A stretch of DNA of 64,000 nt, taken from the NCBI GenBank assembly GCA_001179505.1, contig CDMY01000294.1:62001-126000 (forward strand), given 5' to 3'. Source of the DNA: Vitrella brassicaformis CCMP3155 (taxonomy: Eukaryota; Protista; Chromerida). Shown piece after piece: positions 29,402 to 43,100 of the stretch (position 1 is the first letter of the stretch; each line of letters opens with the position of its first letter). A program made the translations under genes and the position numbers. The notes below the pieces were generated by a model, which ran no database searches, had not been told where the DNA came from, and saw nothing but the letters and a program-made list of their open reading frames with translations.

Positions 29402-30563
29402 CAGGACCCGCTCTACAGTGTACCGTACATCTCATCCTCATTCTCATCTCATTCTCATTTCTCACGCATTCCCATCTCTGCCAATCGGCGGCTCTATAGT
29501 GTGCCACTTCCTTTCGGCAGCTTCATTTATTCTCATCTTGGTAACTTCTCTCGTGCCACGCCATTGACGAAGACCAGCACGCCTCCCACCCTGGAATGCC
29601 GCCACCGTTATGGCAATTCACCCACGACGCCGCATACACCGGTCCGGCCTTCGCCATGCCGTGCACCATCTCTATCGCCATTGTCGCCCACCATCGGCCC
29701 TGGCCAACGCCAATGTCACCAATGCGTCCGACCGACAATACGCATGACGAGCACATGACCCCAGTGGATGGAGACGGTGACGTGATAATGGTCGACGCCC
29801 CTCGTGAAGGAGCAGACGGATGTGCAGCGGGACGCACTTTCTCTCAAGGTCAAGTCGCCCACCGTCCAGCAACAGCAGCAGCAGGAGGAGCCCACCATCC
29901 CCCTCCGCCCGTCCGCTGGTGTGGGTGTGGCTGTGCCGGTGAAGGGCATGATAGCGGCGGAGGCCAAGAATGTGAGGACGGACAATCTGGAGCTGTACGC
30001 CGGACAGAGGAAAAGGTCTGTACGCCGGACAGAGGAAGGGGTCTGTGGAGGGCCGGAAGGGTGATGGGAGCAAGGTGGAGGACCAGACACACCGAACGTA
30101 CAACGCNNNNNNNNNNNNNNNNNNNNNNNNNNNNNNNNNNNNNNNNNNNNNNNNNNNNNNNNNNNNNNNNNNNNNNNNNNNNNNNNNNNNNNNNNNNNNN
30201 NNNNNNNNNNNNNNNNNNNNNNNNNNNNNNNNNNNNNNNNNNNNNNNNNNNNNNNNNNNNNNNNNNNNNNNNNNNNNNNNNNNNNNNNNNNNNNNNNNNN
30301 NNNNNNNNNNNNNNNNNNNNNNNNNNNNNNNNNNNNNNNNNNNNNNNNNNNNNNNNNNNNNNNNNNNNNNNNNNNNNNNNNNNNNNNNNNNNNNNNNNNN
30401 NNNNNNTAGGTGTAGCTATACTGTCTCTCTGCATGTGTGTCTCTTTGTCTTTCTTTTGTCGTTCAGTGCTGGATGGCGTGTCGACTCTGCCAGGTGCGCC
30501 CCACCGTCCCTCGCCCCTCGCCAGTCGCTACCCAGTGTCCGAGTAATCCCCCAAGGCGGCTCT

Positions 30564-30631
30564 CCTCCGTCCGCGGGCCGGATGGCTGCGGCCGTCCCCT
30601 CCGTCCGCGGGCCGGATGGCTGCGGCCGTCC
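30564..30631. repeat. Perfect 34-bp GC-rich tandem dimer
   Basis: CCTCCGTCCGCGGGCCGGATGGCTGCGGCCGTCC x2. Confidence 0.85.
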
Positions 30632-32192
30632 GACCCATGGGATGACCCACACCTGCAACCAAGGAGGGACAACCGAGAGGCACAACCGAGAGGGCGTACC
30701 GACTCAATACGGAGAGACACTTCCTCCCTTTCACCTCCTTGACTGTTCTGTAGGACCGAGGCCGCTTCTTTCAAGATTTCTGTGGTGTGTCGGTATTGGC
30801 TGGGCGGCCTTGAGGCGTCTGCCTCGGCTGTATCCACCTGTCGGCAGCTGATCTGCCATCATTTTTCTATGGGAGCAGGAGCAAGATGTACACCACGCAC
30901 TTCAGCCCGTGAGCCACCCAGAGGGAGGCCAGGGCAATGAAGTGGCGACGGCGGGGATCTCGAGGAAACTCGAAAACGGTCGCCTTCTTGTGGACATGCG
31001 GCGGTGGATTGCATGGCGCTGGTAGACGGGGCTCTTGTGGGGTGACGACCCTTGTTGAGCATCTGTGTTGTTAGCTTGTCGTGTTTGTTAGCATCGATTG
31101 TCTGTCTTTGAAAGACTTTTGATGAAGGACTGCTGTAGCGTAGATAAAAGGACTGCCTACTGACCACAGACTATCGTGGCCTCTGTGCCTTTCATCACCA
31201 AGTCGTGCGACCAACAACGAGCAGCATCATTCACAATGTCCACACACACCGACCACGTCGACACACACCCCTCATGTAGGAGCAGACGGATGTGCAGCGG
31301 GACGCGGTTTGTGCAGGGCCGAGTAGGGAATGGTGTTTGATCGGGTGGCGAGAGAGGCAATAAGGGTGGCAGACAACGAACGTTGATGTGGAATGAATGC
31401 ATCCCCATGATAGATACAGTCGGCAGGTCCGTACTCACACACCCACACACGAGTACAAACTTCCCCTCCACGGCAGGCAGGTTAGGCAGGCAGACAGACA
31501 GGGAGCTGGATACACACACGCCTCCCACTGTCCACACACACACAGACTCACAGACTCGTAGCTAACTTGCAGCCGCCAGTGAGTGTATCCGCACACCCAC
31601 ATAGCCGCAGCAGCCTGGGAGGACGGGCAGAAGTAGATAGAGAGATACACAGACAGCACACCATAGACAGACAAGGAAGGAGCCAGTGAGTGAGCAGATC
31701 GCCTAGCTACATGGACGGACAAGTACAAGTAGGTAGGTATCCAAGTTTGTTTGTTTGTGTCGATCGACAACAGAAAAACGCGGCAATTAATGCGGCCCAT
31801 TCAGCGCAATGCCTGCCGACTTATCAATACATACATACATAGTACTAACGGATCACTTTCCCCACCCTGTCTGTCTGTCTGTCTGTCTGCCAGTGCGGTC
31901 ACTGGATAGCTACATAGACCACCCTCCCTCCATCCCGATTGAATTGGTCGCTCCGGCCATCCATCCATCCATCCATCCATCCGTCCGTCCGTCACGCCGC
32001 CCCCAATTGCATTGCAGCCAACAGGCATCCGTACGTATACACAGTCAGTCAGTCAGTCGTTAGATATCCATGTGCATGTCATGTATATACACAGCAAACA
32101 CCCCTCCCTCCCTCCCCTGTCTCATTAACCAGCCAACCAACCAGCCAGCACCTTCCTAGTGTCCATCGCTCGGTCAACCGAAGGCAGGTCAT

Positions 32193-33780
32193 TCATTCCT
32201 CCCTCCCCGGGCCGCCGTGTGGGCTGATGCCCCCCTCCCCCCTGTGGTGTGCGATCAGCATCTGTGTGTCTTCGTCGCTGGAGCCCCCCGGCTCCTCGTC
32301 GTTGGCCAAAGGGGAGCCCGCCTCGGTCGAGACGTTGCTGTGGTCCCTCTCCGTCAGCTCACGCGCCTCCTTGTGGGCGCCGTCCTTGTTGACAAGTTTG
32401 TTCTGTTGGTGGGGTGATTTGCTCTGTTTGGGCTCGGAGGCTGCTTGGAGCTTTAGATGGGTGTACCAGAAAATGCCGATCAGAGTCATTATCACGCCCT
32501 GCACTCATTCAATTCATTGTCCCCCCCCAGGACACACACACACACACACACACAGAGAGAGAGAGTGCCTATGGCTGTGGTGCGTGCGGACGAGCTCGCG
32601 AGGGATTGGTGGCTTACCGTGATGTTTTTCCAAGTGGCCTCTTGGCCGAAAACGAGGTATCCGGTGAGGAGGATGCAGGTGAGCTTGCCGTGGCCCAGGA
32701 CGTTGTAGGAGATGGGAGACGTCTTGCCGATGACCAGAAAGATCGACAGATTCACCAGGAAGGCCAACGCCGCTGACAGACAGACACACAGACAGACAGA
32801 CAGATCCACGACCGCCGGCCGCCTCATGTCATGTCATGTCATGCCTATGTATGTCGTGACTGACAGGCCGGCCGGGTGGGTACCGACTTACCTGAAGTGA
32901 GTATCCAGAATGTGACCCACGGGGTGAAGTCGAAGAGGAGCAGCCCCGGGTTGCCGTCTTTGTCGGTGACAAGCGGCTCCATGAAGGGCACCAGGCAGCA
33001 CAGCATCACACCCGACACGGCCGACTGGTAGTACAGCAGCTGCGGAGATGTGCACTGCAGAGACTCCTGCATGGGGCACGCCACGCACCAGCCAACCACA
33101 CACACATACACACACACACACACACATCTCTTAGCACGTCGCACAGTGCAATCAAGCTCCTGTGCACCCTCGCGCACCTGTTCCTTCTTGACCCATATCT
33201 GGTAGAGCGATGTTGAAATGATGCCTGCCCCGCCGAAGACGAGGCCCCAGAAGTTGACCTCGATGGACGTGACAGTGGCCAGCGCCACCCCCACGCACAC
33301 AGGCACTAGCGATATGATCTGCCAAAAGGGCAACACCTGACGGAACAAGGCACACACAAGCCAAGAGTGTTCCATTCCATCTCCCTGGGTGTGGTCTGTG
33401 TGTGGCAGGCACCCTACACCGACCTGCTTGTATAGCGTATGTTGCAGGACGATGATCGTTGGTGTGGTGAGCACCTTGAGCAGCTGGTAGATGCCCACGG
33501 CGTTGTACTGCAGGCTTAGGTTGTTGAACACCACAAAGCCGCAGAAGGCCAGGCTGATGGGCACCACCGAGATGATGGAGAGCGCCTTCTTGTCAAAGAG
33601 GCCGTATCGGCTGCCGATCTCCAGGCCGACGAACGTGAAGGTGAAGTGCAACGTGGTGAGGCTGACGGTGAAATTGAAGCCCGCGTTGAAGGCTATCTTG
33701 TTCGCCCAGATGATCAGCACCGACGTCGTGAAGTTGAGAGCCATGTAAAAGGGGATCAGCCACCGGGGAGCCTCCGTCAT
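32193..33780 (-). CDS. Nucleotide-sugar/TPT-family transporter, SLC35E3/UXT-like
   Basis: ALNFTTSVLIIWANK, TTLHF, FCGFVVFNNLSLQYNAVGIYQLLKVLTTP, SPQLLYYQ, SPISYNVLGHGK and GVIMTLIGIFWYT in successive exons. Confidence 0.9.
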
Positions 33781-34006
33781 GGCGGCGACAGGGACCAGCA
33801 AGAGTCACCAGACTAGAGAAGCAGAAACCAAACCCGGCAAAACAGGCAGGAAACACCGACCAGGCAGGCAGGCAGACAGACGCTCAGCAAAGGCCGCCTG
33901 ACGAAGGCTCCTCCCTGCAGCAGCAGCAGTTTCAGGGAGCACCCTAGCCAAGCTTGCGAGCTCAGATCACAAGCAGAGTGGAAGAAGCCAAAAGATCTGT
34001 CAGAGG

Positions 34007-35932
34007 ATGTCGTCAGAGCGTCGCAGCCGGCGCGAGGAGGAGGAGGACGAGGGCGAGCGGCGCAGCAAGCGCGAGCGCCACGACGACTACGACGATGACC
34101 GTGACCGTGACCGTGACCGTGACCGTGACCGCGACAGAGACAGGGATAGGGACAGCAGGGACAGGGACAGCAAGGAGAGGGCCGGCAGGGAGGAACGCAA
34201 GCGGAGGAAGCGCACCGGATGGGACGAGCCACCCACCACCACTGGAGGGGAGGGTGGTGCGGCTCCTGCCACAGCCGCGCTGGCCAACCCCGCGGCGTTG
34301 CTGGGCTTGGCCGCCAGTGGAGGGGCGGGAGCTCCCGCACCGCCGCTTGGAGGCGGGTAGGACGGGGAGGGAACGACACACGCATGGCATGGCGTGGCGA
34401 CACACTTGTGTGTGTGATGGGTACGGTATGTCTGGTTCGTTTGTGTGTTTTGTGTGTGTGTTCAGTGGTCTGGGTGCGGTAGCGAGTCCGTCGCCGGCCA
34501 GTCTGCAGGAGAGCCTGCTGCTGGCCCAGACCAAGGCTCAGATGTCGCGGATGTGCCGCATCTATGTGGGCAACCTCGACTACACACTCACGGAAATGGT
34601 GAGTGAGCTGCACACGCACCCAACACCCACCCCTGCAGAGCGAACGGCATCTCATCCCTGGTGTTGTGATGTGTTGTGTTGTGCTGTGCTGTGCTGTGTG
34701 TGCAGGATATCAAGCAGGTGTTCATGGCGTTCGGCGGCATCACCTCCATTGACATGCCCAAGGAGGGCGGCCGCTCCAAGGGATTCTGCTTCATCGAGTT
34801 CCAGAAACCTGAGATGGCCGAGCAGGCACTGGCTGCCATGCAGGGCTTCCAGATCAAGGGGCGCACCGTGCGGCTCGGCAGACCCTCACCCCAGGCAGGC
34901 GACGCCACCGCACCCACGGCGGCATCGCTCAGCGGAGGGTTGGGAGCCAACGCAGCACAAGCTGGCGCGCTGGCGGCGGCGAGCCTGCTGGGCGGCACAG
35001 GGATGGGTGGGGCGGCCTTGCCGTCAGCACAGGCCGGTGTGGCGCAGGCCGCCCTGGCCGCGCAGGCCCTGGCGGCAGGGGGTGGTGCGGTGAGTCCGTC
35101 TCAGGCGGCCGATCTGGCGATGAAGCGCATCTACGTGGGGTTCATTCCGTACCAGTTCAACGCTGACGACGTCAAGCAGATCTTCCAGGTGTTCGGGCAG
35201 ATCGTGGCCTGCGAGCTGATCCCGTCGCTGGACAAGAAGGAGCAGCACCGCGGCTACGGCTTCATCGAGTTCGCCACACAGGAGCAGGCCGAGCTCGCCA
35301 TCAAGACCATGAACGGCTTCGAAGTCGCCGGCAAGACTCTCAAGGTCAACTGGGCCACCGCACAGGCCAAGCCCACCGGCACCATCCCGGCGGCAAACCC
35401 GCTGCTCGCGAACCTCGCCATCCCAGGACCGCTCGGCAACGGCGCCGCGCCAGCACTCGGCGACGCTGCAGCTGCTGTCGCTGGTGCCGTCAACGGCCTA
35501 GCGGGCTCGGCGGGTGCGGCGGGTGTGTTGGCGGCAGCCCCAGGCTCTGCGGCGGGCCTACCCGCCCCACCGCCAGCAGCAGCGGTGGCCAACCAGCCGT
35601 CGCCGACCCCCGCCCCCCTCGCCCCCGCCGCCAGTTTGCCCGAGGGCACGCTGATAGCGATGACGGACATGGTGGCGCCGGACGAGGTGGACGACGACCT
35701 GGAGGACGAGATCCGCCAGGAGTGCGGCAACTACGGCACCGTCATGACGGTCAAGACGCACGTCAACCGCGACAGCGACAAGGTGGTGATTTTTGTGGCC
35801 TTCGCGCAGCCCGACGAGGCCAAGAAGGCGGTGCCCGAGCTGAACGGCCGGTGGTTCGGGGGCAAGCAGATCCACTGCGCCATCTACGACGTGGCCGCCT
35901 TCGCAAGGGGCAGCTACGAAAACCCTTTCTGA
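34007..35932 (+). CDS. PUF60: Poly(U)-binding splicing factor PUF60/Half-pint (2 RRM + UHM) with N-terminal RD-repeat extension
   Basis: Exons 34007-34357, 34466-34598 and 34706-35932. MCRIYVG RRM1, RRM2 KRIYVG..HRGYGFIEF, and UHM MVAPDEVDDDLEDEIRQECGNYG..NGRWFGG. Confidence 0.9.
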
Positions 35933-36566
35933 CTCAGGGGATGGGCGCGCACACATCCACACACACACACACGAGGGAGGGAGGGAGGGAGGGACACCCA
36001 CACAGGCGAGAGAGCGGGAGGGGGTGAGTGAGTGAGGCAGAGAGAGCGGGCGTTGTTGTATTGGCCACTGAGTGGATTGGTTGATGCGTGTCTGTCTGCC
36101 TGTGATATGGAAATATGTGTTTCATTGTGTTTCCCTGCTTCCCCCTGCTTGCTGTTTTCCTGCTTGCTGTTTCCCTGTCTGTCTGTCTGCTGTCTTTCTC
36201 TGTGTGTTTGTGTTTTCTTCTTCTGTCTGTTTGTCTCTCTGTGTGTGTCTGTGTGTGTGTCTGTGTGTGTGTTTGTATGTCTCTCTGGTTTGGTTTAAGC
36301 AGCGTGGCCTCTGCGTGGCTGACTGCAGTGAGTTCCGGCGGGGCGGCCAGCAAGCTGACTCGACTCGACTCGGTCGGACTGATGGGATCATGGATGGGTG
36401 GATGCACTGCACCCCACGCCTTGAAGGGATCCTGATGCTACCCTACCTGCCACCCCACCCGTACTTCCACGTACGTCAGTCTACATGTGACACTAATGGG
36501 GCCACCCACCATTATAATGCACACACTCCCCCTCACCCCCTCTCTGTTTGTTGATGATATCTATGT

Positions 36567-36608
<42 letters not shown>

Positions 36609-37143
36609 TGCTGGATTGGATGTGCGGCTTTGGCTGGTGCGTGCAGTTTTGAAAAGAATCAAATCGGTGGATGGATGGATGGATGGATGGGTGGACGAAT
36701 GGAGGAACGGACGGACGGACGGTGGACGCCACTCACTCGCCCCTCGTTCCCCTGACGCGCTCGACCAGCACAGCACACATTATGTGTTTGTTCGTATCCA
36801 ACTGGTATCGGTGGTTGAGCGCTGTGCAGTGGATGGATGGATGGATGGACGGATGCATTGTGCCTAGCCGCTGCGGAAGCGATTATGGGTGGATTGTGGA
36901 TTGCATGTGACATGACAGACAGCTGACAGCTGACAGGCCACCGACTTGCATTGCATTCATGTTTCTTGTGTCCATGTGTGTGATATCGATGGGTGGAGGA
37001 GTAAGCAGCAGTGGACTCGTGTCATTGTGTGCTTTCAAGTCACTAAACATGCATATCATGGCCGGATCTCACGGCCAGGTTTGACTCCGCGATATCCACT
37101 TGAGACGGCAAAGCCCCCCCAGAGGCCCCCACGCAGATTCGTC

Positions 37144-40100
37144 ATGAGACTGCCGGCAGCTAGGATGAGACCGCCCGCTGCATCTCCGAGGCAGGACGTG
37201 CCCGTTCTCGAGCGGCCATCCCTCCCTGGGCTCCTCTTCGACTCTGATCACGATGGCGGCAGGCGCAGTGTCAGCCGCAGCACACTGTCGACGTCGACTG
37301 AGGGTGGCGGGGAGTACCCAATGCAGCGGTTTGGGAGGGGAGTGATGCCTCGCAAGCTGACGTGGGACATGGAGTCCCTATTCGAAGACTCCCGTCGCGG
37401 CGATGATGGTCTCAAGAGGCCGCCCCAGCCCGCCCAGCACAAGAGAGCCGCCAGCCCCAAAAAGCCGCCCCTCACACCCAGGGAGTACCTCGACACAATC
37501 ATGCACGACGCCAGCAGCACGTCCTCATCCGATGGCAGATCTGACGATGAAGAGCGGCAGACGGCGCCTCAGTTGGACAGCTCCTCTCGGCACAGCCTGT
37601 TTCAGCTCGACCCTGACCGGCATCTGGCGTTGAAGCAGCTCTTTGAGGAGCCCCTGCGAGTGCCGCTGCATTGGTTCGCAAAGAAGGCGGCAGAAGGCGA
37701 ACAGATGGCCGCAATAGCGCTCCTGCAGCTCACGTCAGCCACAGGCCTCCGCAGCACCAACGTCAAGACGCTCGGCGAGCACCTCGCCCGCCTTCTGTCC
37801 TCCGAAAAACCGGAGCACATCCCAATTGTCCCCCCTCAAGAGGATGTCTCCCCCAGACGGCGGCGTGCTGTTGGGCTCACGGCGAGCAGCAAGTTCGGCA
37901 AAGCGCCGACGGTCCTTTTCGAAGCGCCCAAGCCGAAGCAGGAGGACGAGAGGGAGGCACAGAGGCTGCTGCGGTTCCTGGAGCTGGGGCTCAGGGGGTC
38001 GTGTCCACCAAGGAATCCTCCGTTTGAGGTGACGTGGCCGAATGTGCTGGATCTGATACTGCAGGAGGGTCTGCAGAGGGAGGCGAGGGCGGAGGCGACG
38101 CTGGGTGGCGATGCTGTGGTGCGGCTGACGCAGCTGGGGGGGACCTTCTTCAAATCCCATGTGTCTGGGGCTCCTCCCTACGCGAGCATTGAGCACTCAG
38201 TGAGGTAGGGACATATGGATGTCCCCATGCAAGCAGGACATTGTATTGTATGGCACACACCGTCTGAAGTTCCGCCTCGTCTATTGTATTGCAGAGTTGC
38301 ATTCCCCGTTCGCCACCATCCCACAAGCTTCCATGTCCTCACGGCTGCACAGGACGGCATCGTCACTCTATGGGAACTCCGCGCTTTCCACAGCAAGGGG
38401 GCCCCGCCCACAGCTGAGGACACCAAATCCCCTGCAGAGGACCGACAGAGCGATGTCGTCTTTGAGCTGGTCCCGCACGGCCAGCTAACGCTCGTGCCGG
38501 CCTTTCCGTCGTATTCGTCGCTCGGTGCGTCTCAATATGCACGGGAAGAGAAGGACAAGGCCCAGCAGAGGGAAGTGCAAGAATCGCTGAGGCTCTCTGC
38601 CAAAATGAGCGATCTGGTCGTCCGTCGGCGGTACTCCGACAGCAAGCCGAAGGTGCGGGATAGCCTCACGGGCGAGGCCAAGCGGCCGTCCGCAGCTGCG
38701 GTTGTGTCGCGAGGCAAGAAGCGTCCGACGGATGGCCACGATGAGGGCCCGCTGCGTGCGAAGCCGCGCATCAGCCGGACATTCACTTCGTTGAGCTCGG
38801 TGGAAAAGGTGACTGACCACTATGCTCAAGGATTTCAATGCGGCACCACTATTGCTGTGTCCATCGGCCTCAGGAAGATGAAACAGTGGCGGCCAGATCA
38901 GCTTTTGATCGCTTTGTGACCGTCCTGGGCGTCAAGAGAGCTTACAAGTCGTTCAAAGACAGGTAGGTAGGTATGTGTGTGGCACTGCAGATACAATGTC
39001 GCCATGTCTCCTGTGTCCTGATGTGTCCTTCTGTCTCTCTGTCAGTCTGACTCGCATTCGCGCGCGGAAGCAGAAGGGCGATCTGACGGCAGCGGAGAGG
39101 CGGCGGCAGAAGTCGCTGTACACGGAGCACTCGCACCAGTGTGAGATGCTGGATCGCATCAACAGGCTGCACGGCGACATCCATGGGCAGCTATACCGAT
39201 GCAAGAAGGACCACATGGGCGTCATGCGCGAGGAGCCCCTGGACATGCACCGCCCTGCACTGGCCGTCTTCCAGCACTCCAAACACATCAAGGTAGTAAA
39301 CCAGACAATCAATACCCATTGCTTAAGAATGGCGCCGTGTCACTTGATGTGCTGTGCGAGTGCCTTTGCAGCTGCATCCCGTGCATGTCTTGGAGCCGTC
39401 TGATCACATGCGGCATCTCCAGGCCAAGGGAATCACACTGCCCAACGACCAGAGACTCGAAGACGTGGCTGCCTTCCTCACGGCGCCCAGCCGCGCCAGT
39501 GAGTTTGCGAAAGAGCTGGACAAATGGTGGCAGAAGGTGGCCGCCAGGCTAGAGCTGCAGGAGAAGGTAAAGCCCTCGCCCCGCTCACCCAGAAGCCCAG
39601 CCAGACGATCGCCGAGCCGGCTGTCATCCCCTTTGCCCTCGTCGCCCCGCGGCCGCCGATCCCCATCCACCTTCACCCCCTCCTCTGCTGTCTTCTCCCC
39701 TCTATCGCCCAGGTCACCTGCCGCGACCAAACCGCCGCCCGCAAGGCTACACGAGGCCGTCATGCATATGGCAAGGCCATTGTCCGGTCGGCAGAGCGTG
39801 TCTCCCCTGATGCTGTCCCGTCGGATGGTCTTACAGTGGGCGTCGAAGCGCAAACAGGCAATGGGAGAGGCGGCCAGGGGGCGGGGGCTGTCGATCCACC
39901 GTGGAGTGGAGGGACATGCTGATGGCGGCGAGACGGCACGGAGGGTCACCTTTGGGCAAGACACGTGTGAGTGGCGATAGATAGATACTGTCTTACTCTC
40001 TCATGTCTTGGCTGTCCGTATTTGCAGCTTTACTCGGCGTGCGACGGTCTGCTGTCGGAAGCACGACGGGAGGCGAGGGTCTTTCCATGTCCTTCGCGGC

Positions 40101-43100
40101 AGGTGCGCCGCGCCACTCCCGTCTGAGCGTTGTGAGGCGGCAATCAGCGAGATCGCCCGCAGCCACCACACACACCACGCCCGGCAGACCCCCCAGCCGC
40201 ATGGAGCAACAAAGCGGCGGAGGGGTGGCTCCCTGTGGCAAGGAAGAGGTGACTGACTGACTGACTGACACACCGTTAAAGCGAGACCTGTAGATATCGA
40301 TTCTCTGTTCGTTCTGTGGGGGTAGCAAACGGAGCGTCGGAGTATGTTTGTGACGTCGATGGCTGCTGATCTGGTCAACAAGCGAGTGATTGTCTCACTC
40401 GGTGACGGCCATGTGGCCGTCTACCACCCATTCAGACTATTCGGCAGACGCGCACCGAGTGAGTGAATGAGTGAGGGCTCACACCCACTCACATCCCACA
40501 TTGCTGCCCTGCCACCTCTGTCTTTGTGCCTGTCAGGTCTGCAACCGACTCAGGTGTTTCGGACACTCATAGATACCGCCGGCCAGGCCAAGGTCTCCCA
40601 ATCTTTGGACACTGTTTCAACCTCATCTCCCCCCTCACATCAGCCCCGGAGGAGAGACGAGACGTCGGTGTCGGCTCGGCTGTCGATGTCCGCCATCCCC
40701 ACCGTGCTGCACATCCCTCATGCGGAAGAAATCCCGCGACCCTCCCAGGCAGATCATGCCGCTGCTGCTGAGGTGCGGGAGGCAGCTGGAGATGAGGAGA
40801 AGAGGGGGACAGGCCGACAGGGAAGGGCATCAATGGCAGTTCACGGCGGTAAGGTGTCGCCAGAGGAGGAGGAGGAGAACAACAACCAAACATATGCAAA
40901 ACGTAAGGGAACAGGTGGAGCACAAACAAAGGGAGTGACAGGTCGAATGGTGCAGACGTCGCATGTCTCCTCGTCACAGCACAAGAAGACCCGGCTCTTC
41001 AGCCCTTTCTGGACAACGTTGTGATTGTCGGCTTCGAGCGGGGACGCGTGGCTTCCTACCGCATCCTGACGCCACAGACAGCACAGACATACCAGTCAAG
41101 ACAGCCGCGACCGGTGTCGCCCTCCAGCCGCAACAAAGGGTGCAAGCAAACCTGGGGTCCGCATCGGTCGTCGGTGGGCGGCCGTCATGTGCTGACGTCA
41201 TGGGAGGAGCTGGAGACACCCATAATACAGATGGAGGAGCCGATCATCAGACAGCACAGGTGCTGCACTCGCAGACATGCAAACCTTCCAGACCGACCGA
41301 CGGAGTGTGCGTGTCGGCGTGCTGTCTGCTGTGCATGTAGCCTTCACAACGGGGCGGCGGTTGTTGCCGTAGCGTATCGGAAGCATCTGGGTGTCTTCTC
41401 TGCTGCAGCTGACGGGTCCGTCGCTGTTGTCAGCCCCGCGTTCGATCCCCTCTGGACGCTGCAGCTCAGACAGAGAGACGGAACGGTCAACACACACACA
41501 CACACACACGCAAGAAAAGGCAGACACACGTACTGTACACAGACAGGTGTCTCTCTATCGATCCCTTTGTTCCTTTGAGTGCAGCTGTTTCGCCTTCGGT
41601 CGTTTGACTATTCGTTGTTTCACGACCTAGTGGCCGTGACAGACAACAGAGGAGAGCTCCAACTCTGGTCAGGCCAGGCCAGCAGCAGGGAGAGGCGGGG
41701 AGATCCTCAGTCAGTAGTGAATGGGTGTTTGCCTGCCTGTTGCCTGCCTGTCTGCCTGTCCTCAGGGCAGCGTCCACACAGGCTAAGATAGCCGAGTCGG
41801 CCGACCCTCTAGCGTCGGGCCCTGACCGTTCCTCACCCGGCAACTCGGCGACTGTCTGCCTTGCCTTCGTGGGGCCTCTCAAGCATGCACACCGGACACT
41901 GCTGACGGTGCATGAGAGGGGAGTCGCAACGCTGTGGAATGCGTAGGCAACAAATCAAGGGTTGGCAGAGAGGGAGAAGATAGCTAGCTGTGACTTATTG
42001 GATTTTGCCAGTATCTGTCTGTCTGGCATGTGTGTCTCAGAACAACACTCGATCGCCTGCAATCCTGCACGTACGCAGATATCAAGGCATGCTTGTGATT
42101 GTCAGTCCGTCGGTGCTGCTTTATTCATTACTTTCTTTATCCAGCCTTCCTGACCTGCAAAGCGACCTGACCAACTGCATGTACGACCGCAACACCGGGA
42201 TCCTGGTCCTCTTTGCCCGCACGTGCACCATGTGGTTCATGCACGAGCACGACGCCATCCGCACCATACCCACAACTGACCCCGTCGCGCCGTCATTCGC
42301 CACCGATGGCTGTCCGCCTGTGAGAATCCCCGCAGCCATCAACGCCAGCACACAGATCCAGCTGGTGGCAGCACAGCCCACAGCGGCACCATCGTCGGCG
42401 GATAGCAGCGGCATGCATGCCGTCAGTGCACCACCTGATCGGCATATGAGGGTGAGAGACACGAGGGAGATGGATGAAGGGGAAAGGGCAGCGGCGGGCG
42501 GTGTGCTGCCATCGGAGACCGTGTCGAGCTCCAAGTGTGTCAGCTGGAGGGCAAGACAGCCGGAAAAGACGGCTGTGGCCACTTCAGAGAACCTCACTGT
42601 CTACCCACTTAATGAACAACCGGGCAGAGGCGACGCCAAAGTAAGAGACGGCACGGGCGAGGTGCTTCCGCTGACGATCGGCTCGCCCACAGCCCACCTT
42701 GCCGCGATGGATGTGGTTGGCAGCGGCGGGAAGGCCGTCGTGCTGTCGGTGGACAGCGATGGGGTGGCTGTCGTGTGGGACATGCTCACGGGCGTGCCGA
42801 CAGTCACCTATCTCCTTGCAGGACCGACTGACCCACCCATCACAACGGTACGCACCACAGCACACACATCGAATTCAAAGGAGACACAAAGACTCGTGTC
42901 TCTCTCCCTCTCTCTCTTGTCGGGTGGGATCAGGTGCTGTGTCCGCCCGAGTCATCTGTGTTCTTCGTGGGGGACATCAGCGGAGGTATTAAGGCCTTCT
43001 CGGTCTTCTCGGGCCGCTGCCTCCGGTCTTTTCAGCTGCCGGCACTCAAGAGCAGCACAATCCAGCCGCCAAGCAGCAAGGCACTGGACACATCCTCCCC

